Shown in pieces: positions 8,051 to 18,509 of a stretch of DNA of 64,000 nucleotides. The notes below the pieces were generated by a model, which saw only the letters and a list, made by a program, of their open reading frames with translations, was not told the origin of the DNA and searched no databases. Each line of letters starts with the position of its first letter. Within the stretch, counting starts at the first letter, position 1. The stretch lies in assembly GCA_963557775.1 (NCBI GenBank), contig CAUWDH010000020.1, positions 2,052-66,051 on the forward strand, given 5' to 3'. The position numbers were made by a program, and so were the translations under genes. The stretch is from an uncultured Sarcina sp. (GTDB taxonomy: Bacteria > Bacillota > Clostridia > Clostridiales > Clostridiaceae).

Positions 8051-10546
8051 GTGAGAAAATTTAAAAGTAAACTAACAAAAACCATATCATTATTAATGTC
8101 TTTTGCTTTTATACTTGCTTTAGTACCTACTAGTTACGCTACGGCTACAGAAAAAACAGATACAAAGGCAGCTTCAGGAGCTCCTGGAAAGCCTCTCTTA
8201 CAACACAACCAATATGGAAATGACAGAGATGGAAATTATACTATAAGCTTCAATATGTGGTATGGTAATAACGGTACAAGCTATAAACTTTATGAAAAAA
8301 TAGGTATAAAGAACGACTTCGTTGTTATTTCAGAAGGAAAGCTTGAAGATGAGACACCCGGACCTCAAAGTGGAACTATTGAAATTACAGGTAAAACTAT
8401 TCCTGGAACCTACTATTATTATTTAGAACTAAATAATTCTTTTGGTACAACTATAAGTGAAACTATATCCGTTAAAGTTGGCTCAACTGAAACTAGTAAA
8501 ATAGTTATTGACAAAATAGATGATGAAAGAACAGAAGTTCAATTTACAGTTCCTCAAGGTACTTCTCAATACAAACTAGTTCATGTTGATGCAAAAGATC
8601 CTAAATTTAAAGTTATTTCAAGTAATACTTCTTCTGTTAAAGCTTCTATTACAGATGGAGATACTTTAAAAATTGAAGCTATAGGGGAAGGAAGAAGTGG
8701 TTTAAAAATAATAGAAGAAACTACTGGCGAAATAAGACAAATAGGTTGTAGAGTTTTAAAAGCTGATGGAAAAGTTCCTGGAATGCCTAATTACCTTTCT
8801 ATCGGTCAAGTTTCAGAAGATACTGATAACGATTTAAATTTTTGGAAAGAAACTTCTCATGATGATACAAACAAAAGAAGTGATATACGATATATCTATA
8901 TAAATGGAGGTCCTATTAGCGGTTGGAGAAAATGGACAACTGAAGATGGTGCTAGAGCTAAAAGATACCTTACTGAAAGTTTAAAATTAGGAATGATTCC
9001 TTTCTTTGTTTACTATAACATTCCAGATGATGCTGAAGACTACGCTGTAGATTTAGCTCATATAAATGATAAAGCTTATATGGAAGCATACTTCCAAGAC
9101 TTAAAATTCCTTTTAGATATTTGCAAAGAATATGCTGGTGATGAAACTGTTGGAATGGTATTTGAACCAGACTTCTTAGGCTATATGATGCAACAATCTG
9201 GTAAACAACCTAATGAAATTTCTGCTGTAGTTGATGCAGCTTATAGCTCAGGTATATTAGAAAAAGGAAAAGATCCTAACTTCGAAAATAATGTTAAAGG
9301 ACTAGTTGAAGCTATTAACTACACAGTTGAAAAATATTATCCTCAAGCTTATAATGGATGGCAATTTAATATTTGGGCATTTAGTGAACCTGGTATACCA
9401 AGTCAAGGCGTTCTTCATAAAACTGAATTTATAGGTATGGAAGAAGGACAAAAATATATAAAAGATGTAGCTAGAAAAACTGCTGAATACTATTTAGCAG
9501 CTGGAATAAATTCCTACGGAACTGAATTTATCTCTATAGATAAATATGGATTAGATGGTGCTTATGAACCTGGTGCTGCTGAAAATCCAAAAGATTCTAA
9601 ATGGCTTTGGAATTCAGATATTTGGAACAACTACTTACTTTACACTAAAACACTTCATGAAACTACAGAAAGACCAGTTATTCTTTGGCAAATTCCTGTA
9701 GGACATTTAAACTCTTCTCAAGAAAACAACCCATATGATGCTAGTGGTAAATTTAAAGATTTAACTAATGCTGTTGGAAACTATGAAGACTCAGCTCCTA
9801 CTTTCTTCTTTGGTGATACCTTTAACGCTGGTGGTGGAAAAAGAACTGAATACTTTAGTACTAATGAATATAATGATCCTAAAGTAAAAGTTCAAGGTGA
9901 CACTATCACTTGGGAAAATCATATGAAAGAAGCTAAAGATGCTGGTATTGTTTCTATATTATTCGGTGCTGGTGTTGGTGCTAGTACAGATGCTGTAGGT
10001 TCTCCTGCTCCCGATAATTATTGGTGGATAACTAAAGCACAAAGATACTTAAAAAAACCATTACCTTTAGATGCTTCTAATATTGTACAACCAGAAAATA
10101 ACTTACCACTTAAGGGTACCTTAACTTCTAATACTACTAATAGCAAAGATGGCAACTATTCATTAACTTTAACTTTACCAAAGAACCATAATGCTACTTC
10201 TTATGAAATATTAGAAAATAATAAAATAGTAAAATCTGCTTCACTCACAAATTCATCTACTTCAATAAAAGAAGATTTTAAAAATAAAACTGATGGAACT
10301 TACGCTTATGAGGTTATCTTAAAAAATAAAAATGGAACATCAAAAACTTCTAAAATAACTATATCAGTTAAGAGGGAAAGTACTGAAAAACCTACTCCTG
10401 AAACTAATTCTTGGAAAGCAGATGTCAACTACAAAGTTGGAGATGTAGTTTCCTACAATAACAAGAAATATAAATGCATTCAGCAACACTTATCCTTAAA
10501 TGGCTGGGAGCCAACTAATGTTCCAGCGCTTTGGTCACAAAACTAA
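8051..10546 (+). CDS. Secreted multidomain carbohydrate-active protein with two ChiN-like modules, an unassigned central catalytic domain and a C-terminal CBM5/12 chitin-binding domain
   Basis: GTG start 8 nt after AAGGGGG. Signal peptide present. NMWYGNNGTSYKLYE and DGNYSLTLTLP...YEILENN resemble chitinase N-terminal modules. The C-terminus YKVGDVVSYNNKKYKCIQQH..GWEP..VPALW is CBM5/12-like. Confidence 0.6.
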   Translation: MRKFKSKLTKTISLLMSFAFILALVPTSYATATEKTDTKAASGAPGKPLLQHNQYGNDRDGNYTISFNMWYGNNGTSYKLYEKIGIKNDFVVISEGKLEDETPGPQSGTIEITGKTIPGTYYYYLELNNSFGTTISETISVKVGSTETSKIVIDKIDDERTEVQFTVPQGTSQYKLVHVDAKDPKFKVISSNTSSVKASITDGDTLKIEAIGEGRSGLKIIEETTGEIRQIGCRVLKADGKVPGMPNYLSIGQVSEDTDNDLNFWKETSHDDTNKRSDIRYIYINGGPISGWRKWTTEDGARAKRYLTESLKLGMIPFFVYYNIPDDAEDYAVDLAHINDKAYMEAYFQDLKFLLDICKEYAGDETVGMVFEPDFLGYMMQQSGKQPNEISAVVDAAYSSGILEKGKDPNFENNVKGLVEAINYTVEKYYPQAYNGWQFNIWAFSEPGIPSQGVLHKTEFIGMEEGQKYIKDVARKTAEYYLAAGINSYGTEFISIDKYGLDGAYEPGAAENPKDSKWLWNSDIWNNYLLYTKTLHETTERPVILWQIPVGHLNSSQENNPYDASGKFKDLTNAVGNYEDSAPTFFFGDTFNAGGGKRTEYFSTNEYNDPKVKVQGDTITWENHMKEAKDAGIVSILFGAGVGASTDAVGSPAPDNYWWITKAQRYLKKPLPLDASNIVQPENNLPLKGTLTSNTTNSKDGNYSLTLTLPKNHNATSYEILENNKIVKSASLTNSSTSIKEDFKNKTDGTYAYEVILKNKNGTSKTSKITISVKRESTEKPTPETNSWKADVNYKVGDVVSYNNKKYKCIQQHLSLNGWEPTNVPALWSQN

Positions 10547-10573
10547 AAACATTTAAAGATTATTATACTATTT

Positions 10574-10638
10574 AAAGATAACGGGATTATCTCTAAGTAA
10601 GAATTTTATTCTTCCTCGAGATAATCCCTTCTATCTTT
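10574..10638. terminator. Bidirectional terminator between the convergent glycanase-like gene and selB
   Basis: Perfect 11-bp arms GGGATTATCTC (10583-10593) and GAGATAATCCC (10618-10628). The stem is extended by AAAGATAAC/TATCTTT, and a nested AAGAAT/ATTCTT hairpin lies in the loop. Confidence 0.75.
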
Positions 10639-10689
10639 TAATTGACCATAATATTAATTAAAAAATTTTAATTTAAATTAATTCTCTAC

Positions 10690-12588
10690 TTATGCTAAAA
10701 CACGCTTATCTTCTACTCTTTTACTCACTTTTTCTCTATCTAAGTATTCAAGAATAGGCACTAAATATTTTCTTGAACTATCTATTAATTCTTTTAATTG
10801 TCCTATATTTATTGAACCATTTTCTTTTATATAGTTTATAACTAAATTTTTAACCTTCTCTAAGTTATCTTTATGAAGAGTTATTCCCTCTCCAATATAA
10901 ATTAATTCTTTAGTATCTATTAAATAATTGTATATTTCTTTAGCTTTAAGTTTTTTATCTATTTTTCCTATTATATCTTCTGCTTTTTCTGTTTTAAATC
11001 CACCTTTTAAGTATTTTTCTATAAACATCTCTTTAATTTTATTTTCCTCTTCAGTGAATTTAACTTTTCTTTCAAAAGCCCAAACTAAAGTTTCATTGTA
11101 ATTTATTATTTTTCTCTCTTTTAACAACTCTAATAATTCATTAAATATATTTCCTTTTACTTTGAAGTTTAATATATTCTTTTTAAATTCTTCTTTATTT
11201 ACTCCAAGCTTAAAACTTTCCTTTGAATAATACTCTTTAAAATATTTTTCTATTTTATTAGAAAGCTCTGATAAGTATTTACTGTGTATATAAAAATTAT
11301 CTCCAATTAATATAATACTCTTTTCCTCTTCTAAATTTTTAAAAGCTTTCTCTATTTCTTCTTCATTTGAATTGAAACTATTTTTCACCTCTAAAACTGT
11401 AGTCATCTTATTATCATTATTTAGTATATAATTACTTATTCTATCTTTTAGAGATCCCTCTTCCTTCATCTTCAAATTCATAATATATTTTTCGTTAAAT
11501 CTTTTTGCTTTATTAGCTCTTGCTTCTAAAATAATACCTCCTCCTATGGTATACATAGGTGAATAAGTTCTTATAATTATCTTATCTTTATATTTTGAGC
11601 AAAGTTCCTCTTCAAGCCTTATTTGAACATTTGCTATTTCTCCACTTTTAAGTTCTTCTCTATCTAATAAAATAACTCGTCCCATTATCTCATTAGTATT
11701 GCAATAAATTCTAACTCTATCTCTATTTTTTATGCTTTTTTCTGCATCTTTTAATAAAGTAACTTTACAGTCTATAATAAAACTTGATATTTCCTTTGAT
11801 GGTTCTCCTATAACCATACCTCTTTTTAATTCTTCTTTTTTTAAGTTTGGTAAATTTATAGCAGTTCTTTCTCCAGCATTAGCAAATTCTCTCTTTTCAT
11901 TATGAACTTCTATTCCTCTAACCTTTGAAATTAAACCTCCTGGATTTATTTCCACTTCATCATTAATTGAAATAGTTCCACCAAGAGCTGTTCCTGTAAC
12001 TATAGTTCCAATTCCCTTCACAGAAAATATCCTATCTATGGACATTCTAAATAATGCTTCTTTATTTTTTTCTTCAGCTTCCTTTACTAAAGTTCTCAAT
12101 TCATGGATTAAATTATCTATACCTTCTTTAGATTTACTACTTACTTCTACTATTTTACAATGTTCTAAAAACGAGCCTTTTACCATGTCATTTATATCTT
12201 CTTTTACTATTTCTATAATATCTTCAGAAGCTAAATCTTTTTTAGTTAACACTATTATTCCTGATTTTATATCTAAAAGTTTTAATATATTAAAATGTTC
12301 TATAGTTTGAGGCATTACTCCTTCATCTGCTGCAATAACCATCATTACTATATCAATAGAGGCTGCTCCACCAATCATATTTTTTATAAACTTTTCATGT
12401 CCTGGAACATCTATAATAGCAGCTCTTATATCTTCATCTAAATTAAAATAAGTATAACCATTTTCTATAGTTATACCCCTTAATTTTTCTTCCTTTAATC
12501 TATCTAAATCATTACCTGTAAGTGCTTTAACTAAGGATGTTTTTCCATGATCTATATGCCCTGCTGTCCCTATAACTATATGCTTCAT
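10690..12588 (-). CDS. selB: Selenocysteine-specific translation elongation factor SelB
   Basis: N-terminal GTPase ([25 protein letters not shown]). The long winged-helix C-terminal extension is typical of SelB. The gene follows selA with a 4-nt ATGA overlap. Confidence 0.9.
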   Translation of the reverse strand: MKHIVIGTAGHIDHGKTSLVKALTGNDLDRLKEEKLRGITIENGYTYFNLDEDIRAAIIDVPGHEKFIKNMIGGAASIDIVMMVIAADEGVMPQTIEHFNILKLLDIKSGIIVLTKKDLASEDIIEIVKEDINDMVKGSFLEHCKIVEVSSKSKEGIDNLIHELRTLVKEAEEKNKEALFRMSIDRIFSVKGIGTIVTGTALGGTISINDEVEINPGGLISKVRGIEVHNEKREFANAGERTAINLPNLKKEELKRGMVIGEPSKEISSFIIDCKVTLLKDAEKSIKNRDRVRIYCNTNEIMGRVILLDREELKSGEIANVQIRLEEELCSKYKDKIIIRTYSPMYTIGGGIILEARANKAKRFNEKYIMNLKMKEEGSLKDRISNYILNNDNKMTTVLEVKNSFNSNEEEIEKAFKNLEEEKSIILIGDNFYIHSKYLSELSNKIEKYFKEYYSKESFKLGVNKEEFKKNILNFKVKGNIFNELLELLKERKIINYNETLVWAFERKVKFTEEENKIKEMFIEKYLKGGFKTEKAEDIIGKIDKKLKAKEIYNYLIDTKELIYIGEGITLHKDNLEKVKNLVINYIKENGSINIGQLKELIDSSRKYLVPILEYLDREKVSKRVEDKRVLA

Positions 12589-13976
12589 TTGTTCATTCTC
12601 TCCTCTAAAACCTTTAAAATAGTTTCATATTCTTCTTCTTTAATAGTTCTTACATCTAGTAATACTTTCCCTTTATTTATTCTTGATATTATAGGTGTTT
12701 CATATTCTATAAGACTTTTCTCTATTTCATTGGCATCTAAACTTTTGCTTGCTATTTCTATAACATAACTACTAATTTCTTCACCAGGCATTGATCCCCC
12801 TCCAACAAAGGAAGTACTTTCATTGATAGAAAAACTATAATCACCCTTTATAGAATCTAACTTTGACTTTAGTTTAATAGCTTTTTCCTTTAATTCTTCT
12901 TTAGTAAGTGAAATCATGTTAAGGGTTGGAATTTCCTTCATAGCACCTTCTTTATTTAAGTATTCCATTAAGGTTGCTTCTAAAGCTGCTAAAGTTATTT
13001 TATCTACTCTTAAGGCTCTCATTAATTGATTCTTTTTTAATCTTTCTATATATTCCTTTTTACCAACTATTACTCCTGCTTGTGGACCACCTAATAATTT
13101 ATCTCCTGAAAAAGTAATTATGTCAATTCCACTTTTAACTACTTCCATAACAGTTTTATTTTCATTAAATCCTTCTTCAGATAAATCAACAAGCATTCCA
13201 CTTCCTAAATCCTCCATAGTTGCTATGTTATGTTTTTTACCTAATAAGGCTAATTCTCCTGAACTTACTTCCTTTGTAAATCCTACTATTTTAAAGTTAG
13301 AACTATGAACTTTTAATAATAAAGAAGTATTTTCACCTATAGCATTTTCATAGTCAGACAAATGTGTTCTATTAGTAGTTCCTACTTCCTTTAATGAACT
13401 TCCAGATAGCTCCATTATCTCTGGAACTCTAAAAGAGCCACCTATTTCAACAAGTTCTCCTCTAGATACTATAACTTCCTTCCCTTTAGATAATTCATTC
13501 AACACAAGCATAACTGCTGCTGCATTATTATTTACTACAACAGCATCTTCTGCTCCTGTTAATTCTTTTAAAATATTGCTTATATGATCATGTCTTGACC
13601 CTCTTTTTCCCTCTTTTAAGTTATATTCTAAATTATTATAAGCACTAGCAACTTTCACCATAGCCTTTATAGAATTTTCACTTAAAAGAGACCTTCCTAA
13701 ATTAGTATGTAAAACTATTCCAGTAGCGTTTATTACTGTTTTTATAGAAGGTTCTTTTTTTACTTTTAATTTATTTTCTACATTTTCTTTTATTTCTTCT
13801 ATAGTTGGAAGTGAATTTTTTTTTTCACTTAAAATAGCTTTTCTATAAAAATCTAACGTTTCCCTCAACTCATTAATTACTCTTTCTCTTCCAAAAATAT
13901 CTACTAAGTTTTTTACTTCCTTATCATTTATTAATAAATCCATTTTAGGTAAATTTCTTAATAATTCATTTTTCAT
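12585..13976 (-). CDS. selA: L-seryl-tRNA(Sec) selenium transferase SelA
   Basis: 463 aa with the PLP-enzyme motif FSGDKLLGGPQAG. Lies between selD and selB. Confidence 0.9.
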   Translation of the reverse strand: MKNELLRNLPKMDLLINDKEVKNLVDIFGRERVINELRETLDFYRKAILSEKKNSLPTIEEIKENVENKLKVKKEPSIKTVINATGIVLHTNLGRSLLSENSIKAMVKVASAYNNLEYNLKEGKRGSRHDHISNILKELTGAEDAVVVNNNAAAVMLVLNELSKGKEVIVSRGELVEIGGSFRVPEIMELSGSSLKEVGTTNRTHLSDYENAIGENTSLLLKVHSSNFKIVGFTKEVSSGELALLGKKHNIATMEDLGSGMLVDLSEEGFNENKTVMEVVKSGIDIITFSGDKLLGGPQAGVIVGKKEYIERLKKNQLMRALRVDKITLAALEATLMEYLNKEGAMKEIPTLNMISLTKEELKEKAIKLKSKLDSIKGDYSFSINESTSFVGGGSMPGEEISSYVIEIASKSLDANEIEKSLIEYETPIISRINKGKVLLDVRTIKEEEYETILKVLEERMNK

Positions 13977-14010
13977 AATTACACTTCCTTATTAAGCCCC
14001 ATGTGTCCTA

Positions 14011-15048
14011 CTATTCAACTAAAATATAAGTTTCTCCATTAAAATCTTCCACAGTTCCTATTACTTCACTTTTAATCTCTAATTTATTTAATTCTGAAAT
14101 TATATCAACGAAGTCTTCTGCTTTACATGTAAATACTAAGCCTCCTGAAGTTTGTGGGTCAAATAATAAATCCTCAAGCCAACCTTCTACATTCTTTAAT
14201 TCATATTGTCCCTTTAAATGCTCCTTATTAGAATAAACTCCTATAGCTGCAAATCCCATAGCTGAATATTCTTTAGCTTCTTCTATATAAGGTATATTAT
14301 CTTTAAACAGTTTAAATGTTTTATTTGATGGTTTAGCCATTTCAAATATATGTCCCATAAGTCCAAAGCCAGTTATGTCTGTACATGCTGTTATATTATA
14401 ATTAAGTATTATTTCACAGGCGTATTTATTTAAATAAGTCATATTTTTAACTAGTTTATTATATGCTTCTTCAGAGGCTATTCCCCCTTTAAATGCATTA
14501 CTAATCATTCCATTACCAAGTGGCTTAGTTAAGATTATTATATCTCCAGTCTCTGATCCATAATTTCTTAGAACTTTATCTGGATGAACAATTCCAGTTA
14601 CAGAAAGACCATATTTAGGTTCTTCATCTTCTATAGTATGACCTCCTACAACTACAGCTCCTGCTTCTAAAACTTTTTCAGCTCCACCTCTTAAGATTTC
14701 ACCTAATATTTTTGGATCTAAACAATTTGGAAAACCTACTATATTTAATGCCACTATTGGTTTTCCTCCCATAGCATAAACATCACTAAGTGAATTTGCC
14801 GCTGCAACTTGACCAAAAGTATATGGGTCATCTACCATAGGAGTAAAAAAGTCTAAGGTTTGAATTGTTGCTATTTCATCACTTAATTTGTATACTGCTG
14901 CATCATCAGAGGTATCAATTCCTACAATTAAATTTTTATCTACCATCTTAGGTATATTTCCTAATATATTTGAAAGAGCCTCCGGCCCCATTTTAGCTGC
15001 TCATCCTCCTGATTTAGTTAGAGAAGTTAATTTTACCTTCTTATTCAT
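14011..15048 (-). CDS. selD: Selenide, water dikinase SelD, itself a selenoprotein (in-frame UGA = Sec16)
   Basis: The tracked ORF starts at MGPEAL. Reading upstream in frame gives MNKKVKLTSLTKSGG-TGA-AAKMGPEAL, with ATG at 15048..15046 and TGA at 15003..15001. The UGA sits exactly at the catalytic Cys/Sec position of SelD (SGGUAAK). Confidence 0.85.
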
Positions 15049-15200
15049 AACATAATCACCTCACTCTATATTGTTATACCTATTTTTTAGGTCATTATAT
15101 TTTAACTTTTTCTAGTCTTTAAGTAATATTAATAAACAACTTAATTCCCTAAATACTAGTTTTTGTACTATTAATTATAACATAAGGTATTACTTTATTC

Positions 15201-15860
15201 TTATTTTATAGTTATTTTATCCTTTAGCTTTTCAACAGTTTTAATGCCTATACCATTTACCTCTGCTAATTGTTCTATAGAAGCAAATTTTCCATTCTTA
15301 CTCCTATATTCTATTATACTCCTTGCTTTAGTTTCTCCAATTCCAATTAAAGTCATAAGCTCTTCTTCTTTTGCTGAATTTATATTTATTTTTCTATTTT
15401 TATTCTTTAAATTATTATTAGAAGATACACTTTCTACTTTCTCTTCACTCTCTTGGCTTTTTGCCTTTATATTTTTAATAATAATGCAATCTCCATCATT
15501 TAATATTCCTGCTCTATTTATGTTTTCTATATCTCCATTTTCTGTTATTCCTCCAGCTAAATTTATCAAATCATTTATTCTACTATCTGCCTCTAATTCA
15601 TAAACATCAGGTTTTGCTACTTCCCCTTTTATTTCAACTATTATTTTAGAATTATTCTCCTTAGAAATTTCTTTCTCATTATCTTCTCCTAAATCTATAA
15701 TATTTGAAGATGTGTTTTTAGAGTTACCCTCCATAAAATTCCCATTTATCTCCATTTCTGATAAATTTGTTGGTTTCCTACTTTGAAGAACTCCTATAAA
15801 AATAAACATAGTTAGTCCAAGTAATACTATAGCTCCAATAATTTTTTCTTTATTTTTCAT
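15201..15860 (-). CDS. comEA: Competence protein ComEA (SLBB plus helix-hairpin-helix DNA-binding)
   Basis: N-terminal TM helix. The C-terminus INSAKEEELMTLIGIGETKARSIIEYR...IEQLAEVNGIGIKTVEKLK carries HhH motifs. Confidence 0.8.
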   Translation of the reverse strand: MKNKEKIIGAIVLLGLTMFIFIGVLQSRKPTNLSEMEINGNFMEGNSKNTSSNIIDLGEDNEKEISKENNSKIIVEIKGEVAKPDVYELEADSRINDLINLAGGITENGDIENINRAGILNDGDCIIIKNIKAKSQESEEKVESVSSNNNLKNKNRKININSAKEEELMTLIGIGETKARSIIEYRSKNGKFASIEQLAEVNGIGIKTVEKLKDKITIK

Positions 15861-16105
15861 AAAACCCCCTAATTTTAGATTATATTTATATATTTTTAAT
15901 TAAATTATTGACAATTTTATATAAATTTATAGATTATAATAAAATTTTTAGTGTATAATTTATCTAAATGGTTAGAATTATAATAATGTATATTTTACCT
16001 TTATTTAGTTATAATTATTGAAATATTGAAAATATATAAATAAATTAAATATATTTTTATTAATACTATAAAAATTATATAACCTGATAAATTAGGAGGA
16101 TTCCA

Positions 16106-17464
16106 ATGAGAAATATTACAAGGAGAATCCTATTGCCTCTAATACTATTTTCATCTTTTTTTGGCTTTGGTAAATTGGCAATAGCTTCACCAGAACCCCC
16201 AGTTGTTGCTGGAGAGGGAATGATGCTTATGGATGCAGAAACAGGAAAAATAATAGCATCTAAAAATGCTAATATGAAATTACCTCCCGCTTCAACTACA
16301 AAAGTACTAACAGCTCTATTAACTTTAGAAAATTCAAAGCTTTCAGATATAGTAACAGTTGGTAAAAATCCACCTTTTGCTGAGGGAAGTTCTATTGCCT
16401 TAAAAGAAGGAGACCAGTATACTGTTGAAGAATTATTACATGGATTATTACTAGAATCTGCTAATGACTGTGCTGTAGCTCTTGCTGAACATATAGCTGG
16501 CACTGAAGAAAACTTTGTAAAAATGATGAATGAAAAAGCTAAAAGCTTAGGTGCTAATAACACTCACTTTGTAAATTCTAGTGGTTTATTTGAGAATGAA
16601 CACTTAACAACCCCTTATGATTTGGCTCTAATAATGAAAGAAGTATCTAAAAATAAAGATTTCATTAGAATATCAAGAGTTACTAGTTGTGAATTACCTG
16701 TTAGTAAAGTTGATAACCAAAGCAAATGGGTTAATAATATTAATTCTTTATTATATCCTACAAGTTCTAACTATTATGAACCTTTAATTGCAGGTAAAAC
16801 TGGTTACACTACCAAATCAAGATTTACTTATACAGCTATAGCTGAAAAAAATGGACAAAAACTTATACTAACAATTTTCAGATATGAAGATAAAGCTTCA
16901 TTATTTAAAGATACCATAGACCTTTTTAACTATGGCTTCGATAACTTTAATTTAATTAAGCTATATAACAAAGGTGATAAGGTATCCACTTTTAAAATAA
17001 ATGAAAAAAAGGAAATTCCCTTACTTGCTTCAACTGATGTTTTTTATGTTAGTGAATCAAACAAACTAAACCAATCTAGTTCAAAAAGTGATATAGAAAA
17101 TACACTTAAACCATCTATAAAAATAGAAAAAAAAGATTTAAGTCGTCAAACAGTTAATAAAGGTGATGTTATACTAAATTCAGAAATTTATATTGGTAAT
17201 TCTTCTTATACTTCATTACCACTAGTTTCTGGTGCTACTGTTGAATATAGTACATTTAATAAAATATTGAATAATATATCTGATAATAAAGTTATTTATT
17301 CTATAGTAAGTTTAATTATTATAATTTTATTATTTTTCTTATTCAAACCTACTAAACCATCAGGTCTTTTTGGCAGAAGAAATACTAAAAGATTTTCTAT
17401 AAGATTTAGAAGAAAAAGAACTCCTAAACAATTGTTTGGAGGTAGAAAAAACAAATATGATTAA
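16106..17464 (+). CDS. D-alanyl-D-alanine carboxypeptidase (S11, PBP5-type) with a C-terminal membrane anchor and basic tail
   Basis: Signal peptide, SxxK motif ASTTKVLT, SGL/SAN region, C-terminal TM helix. SD AGGAGGA lies upstream. Confidence 0.85.
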   Translation: MRNITRRILLPLILFSSFFGFGKLAIASPEPPVVAGEGMMLMDAETGKIIASKNANMKLPPASTTKVLTALLTLENSKLSDIVTVGKNPPFAEGSSIALKEGDQYTVEELLHGLLLESANDCAVALAEHIAGTEENFVKMMNEKAKSLGANNTHFVNSSGLFENEHLTTPYDLALIMKEVSKNKDFIRISRVTSCELPVSKVDNQSKWVNNINSLLYPTSSNYYEPLIAGKTGYTTKSRFTYTAIAEKNGQKLILTIFRYEDKASLFKDTIDLFNYGFDNFNLIKLYNKGDKVSTFKINEKKEIPLLASTDVFYVSESNKLNQSSSKSDIENTLKPSIKIEKKDLSRQTVNKGDVILNSEIYIGNSSYTSLPLVSGATVEYSTFNKILNNISDNKVIYSIVSLIIIILLFFLFKPTKPSGLFGRRNTKRFSIRFRRKRTPKQLFGGRKNKYD

Positions 17465-17469
17465 ATATA

Positions 17470-17518
17470 AAAAAAAGAGAGGATGTATCAAATGACAGAT
17501 ACGTCCTCTCTTCTTTTT
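17470..17518. terminator. Bidirectional terminator between the convergent dac and rluD genes
   Basis: AGAGAGGATGTATC (17476-17489) pairs with GATACGTCCTCTCT (17498-17511), flanked by an A-run and a T-run. It shares the GGATGTATCAAA core with the hairpins at 137 and 48064. Confidence 0.75.
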
Positions 17519-17563
17519 AACTATAGAGATAGGCAACTCACCACCTATCTAAAATACTCTATG

Positions 17564-18460
17564 CTATTTTAATTTGTCTATTAATTCTTTCATATCATAA
17601 GGTAATTCTGACCTTAATTCTAATTTCTTTCTAGTTCTTGGGCTATAAAAATCTAATCCTGATGCGTGTAATGCTTGTCTGTTTATATATTTGCTATCAT
17701 CAAATTCTTCACCATAAAGTTCATCTCCAAATATATGATGCCCTAAACTACTTAAATGCACTCTTATTTGATGAGTTCTTCCTGTTTCTAAAAGACATTC
17801 CACAAGGTCAGCACCCTCAAAACTTTCAATAACTTTATAATGTGTTATACTTTCTTGCCCTCTTTCATCAACAGTTCTTTTTATAGAATCTAAAGTTGGT
17901 CTATATATAGGTCTATTTATAGTTCCTTCCTTTTCTTTAAGGTTTCCATGAACTAATGCTAAATATCTTTTCTGAAATTTTTCTGTTTTCATTTCTTGAG
18001 ATAATTGCATATGTGCAAATTGATTTTTACCTATTATTATTAGCCCTGAAGTATTCATATCTAATCTACTTACTAATCTAACTATACAATTTTGGTTTGT
18101 TTCTTTAAAGTAATAGAGCACTCCATTAGCTAAAGTTCCACTTTGATGACTTTTAGTTGGATGTACTACCATAAAAGGTCTTTTATTTATTACTATTATG
18201 TCTTCATCTTCATAAATAATTTCAATATCTATGTTTTCTGGCTCTATATCTTGGCTTTCTTCTCTTGATAATTCTATTTCTAATTCTTCACCTTTACTTA
18301 AAACATAATTCATTTTAACTGATTTTCCATTAATTAAAATTCTTCTATCTATAGCTGCTTTTTTTATAAATCTTGTTGATAATCCTAATTCTTCTTTTAA
18401 ATATTCTCTTATTTTAACTTTATCATAAATTTCACTTATTTCTTTGTTTATTTTACTCAT
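17564..18460 (-). CDS. rluD: RluA-family 23S rRNA pseudouridine synthase (RluD-like)
   Basis: N-terminal S4 domain plus the catalytic motifs SRLDMNTSGL and GRTHQIRVH. Confidence 0.85.
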   Translation of the reverse strand: MSKINKEISEIYDKVKIREYLKEELGLSTRFIKKAAIDRRILINGKSVKMNYVLSKGEELEIELSREESQDIEPENIDIEIIYEDEDIIVINKRPFMVVHPTKSHQSGTLANGVLYYFKETNQNCIVRLVSRLDMNTSGLIIIGKNQFAHMQLSQEMKTEKFQKRYLALVHGNLKEKEGTINRPIYRPTLDSIKRTVDERGQESITHYKVIESFEGADLVECLLETGRTHQIRVHLSSLGHHIFGDELYGEEFDDSKYINRQALHASGLDFYSPRTRKKLELRSELPYDMKELIDKLK

Positions 18461-18509
18461 TAACTTAATCTTCTCCTAAATTAAATAACTATTTAAAACT
18501 CTACTAATA

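Noticed and set aside
10547-10689. Candidate selC (tRNA-Sec) downstream of selB
   Set aside because: The sequence is a simple long inverted repeat (GGGATTATCTC/GAGATAATCCC). It has no acceptor stem, T-loop or long variable arm, so I read it as a bidirectional terminator.
14940-15003. SECIS hairpin immediately 3' of the selD UGA
   Set aside because: One is expected on biological grounds. By eye I could find only weak pairings (GAGC/GCUC, GCC/GGC). I therefore do not report a specific structure.
16075-16563. 162-aa minus-strand ORF overlapping the start of the DD-carboxypeptidase gene
   Set aside because: It is antisense to a gene with signal peptide, SxxK motif and a strong SD. Its own translation has no motif and no SD.
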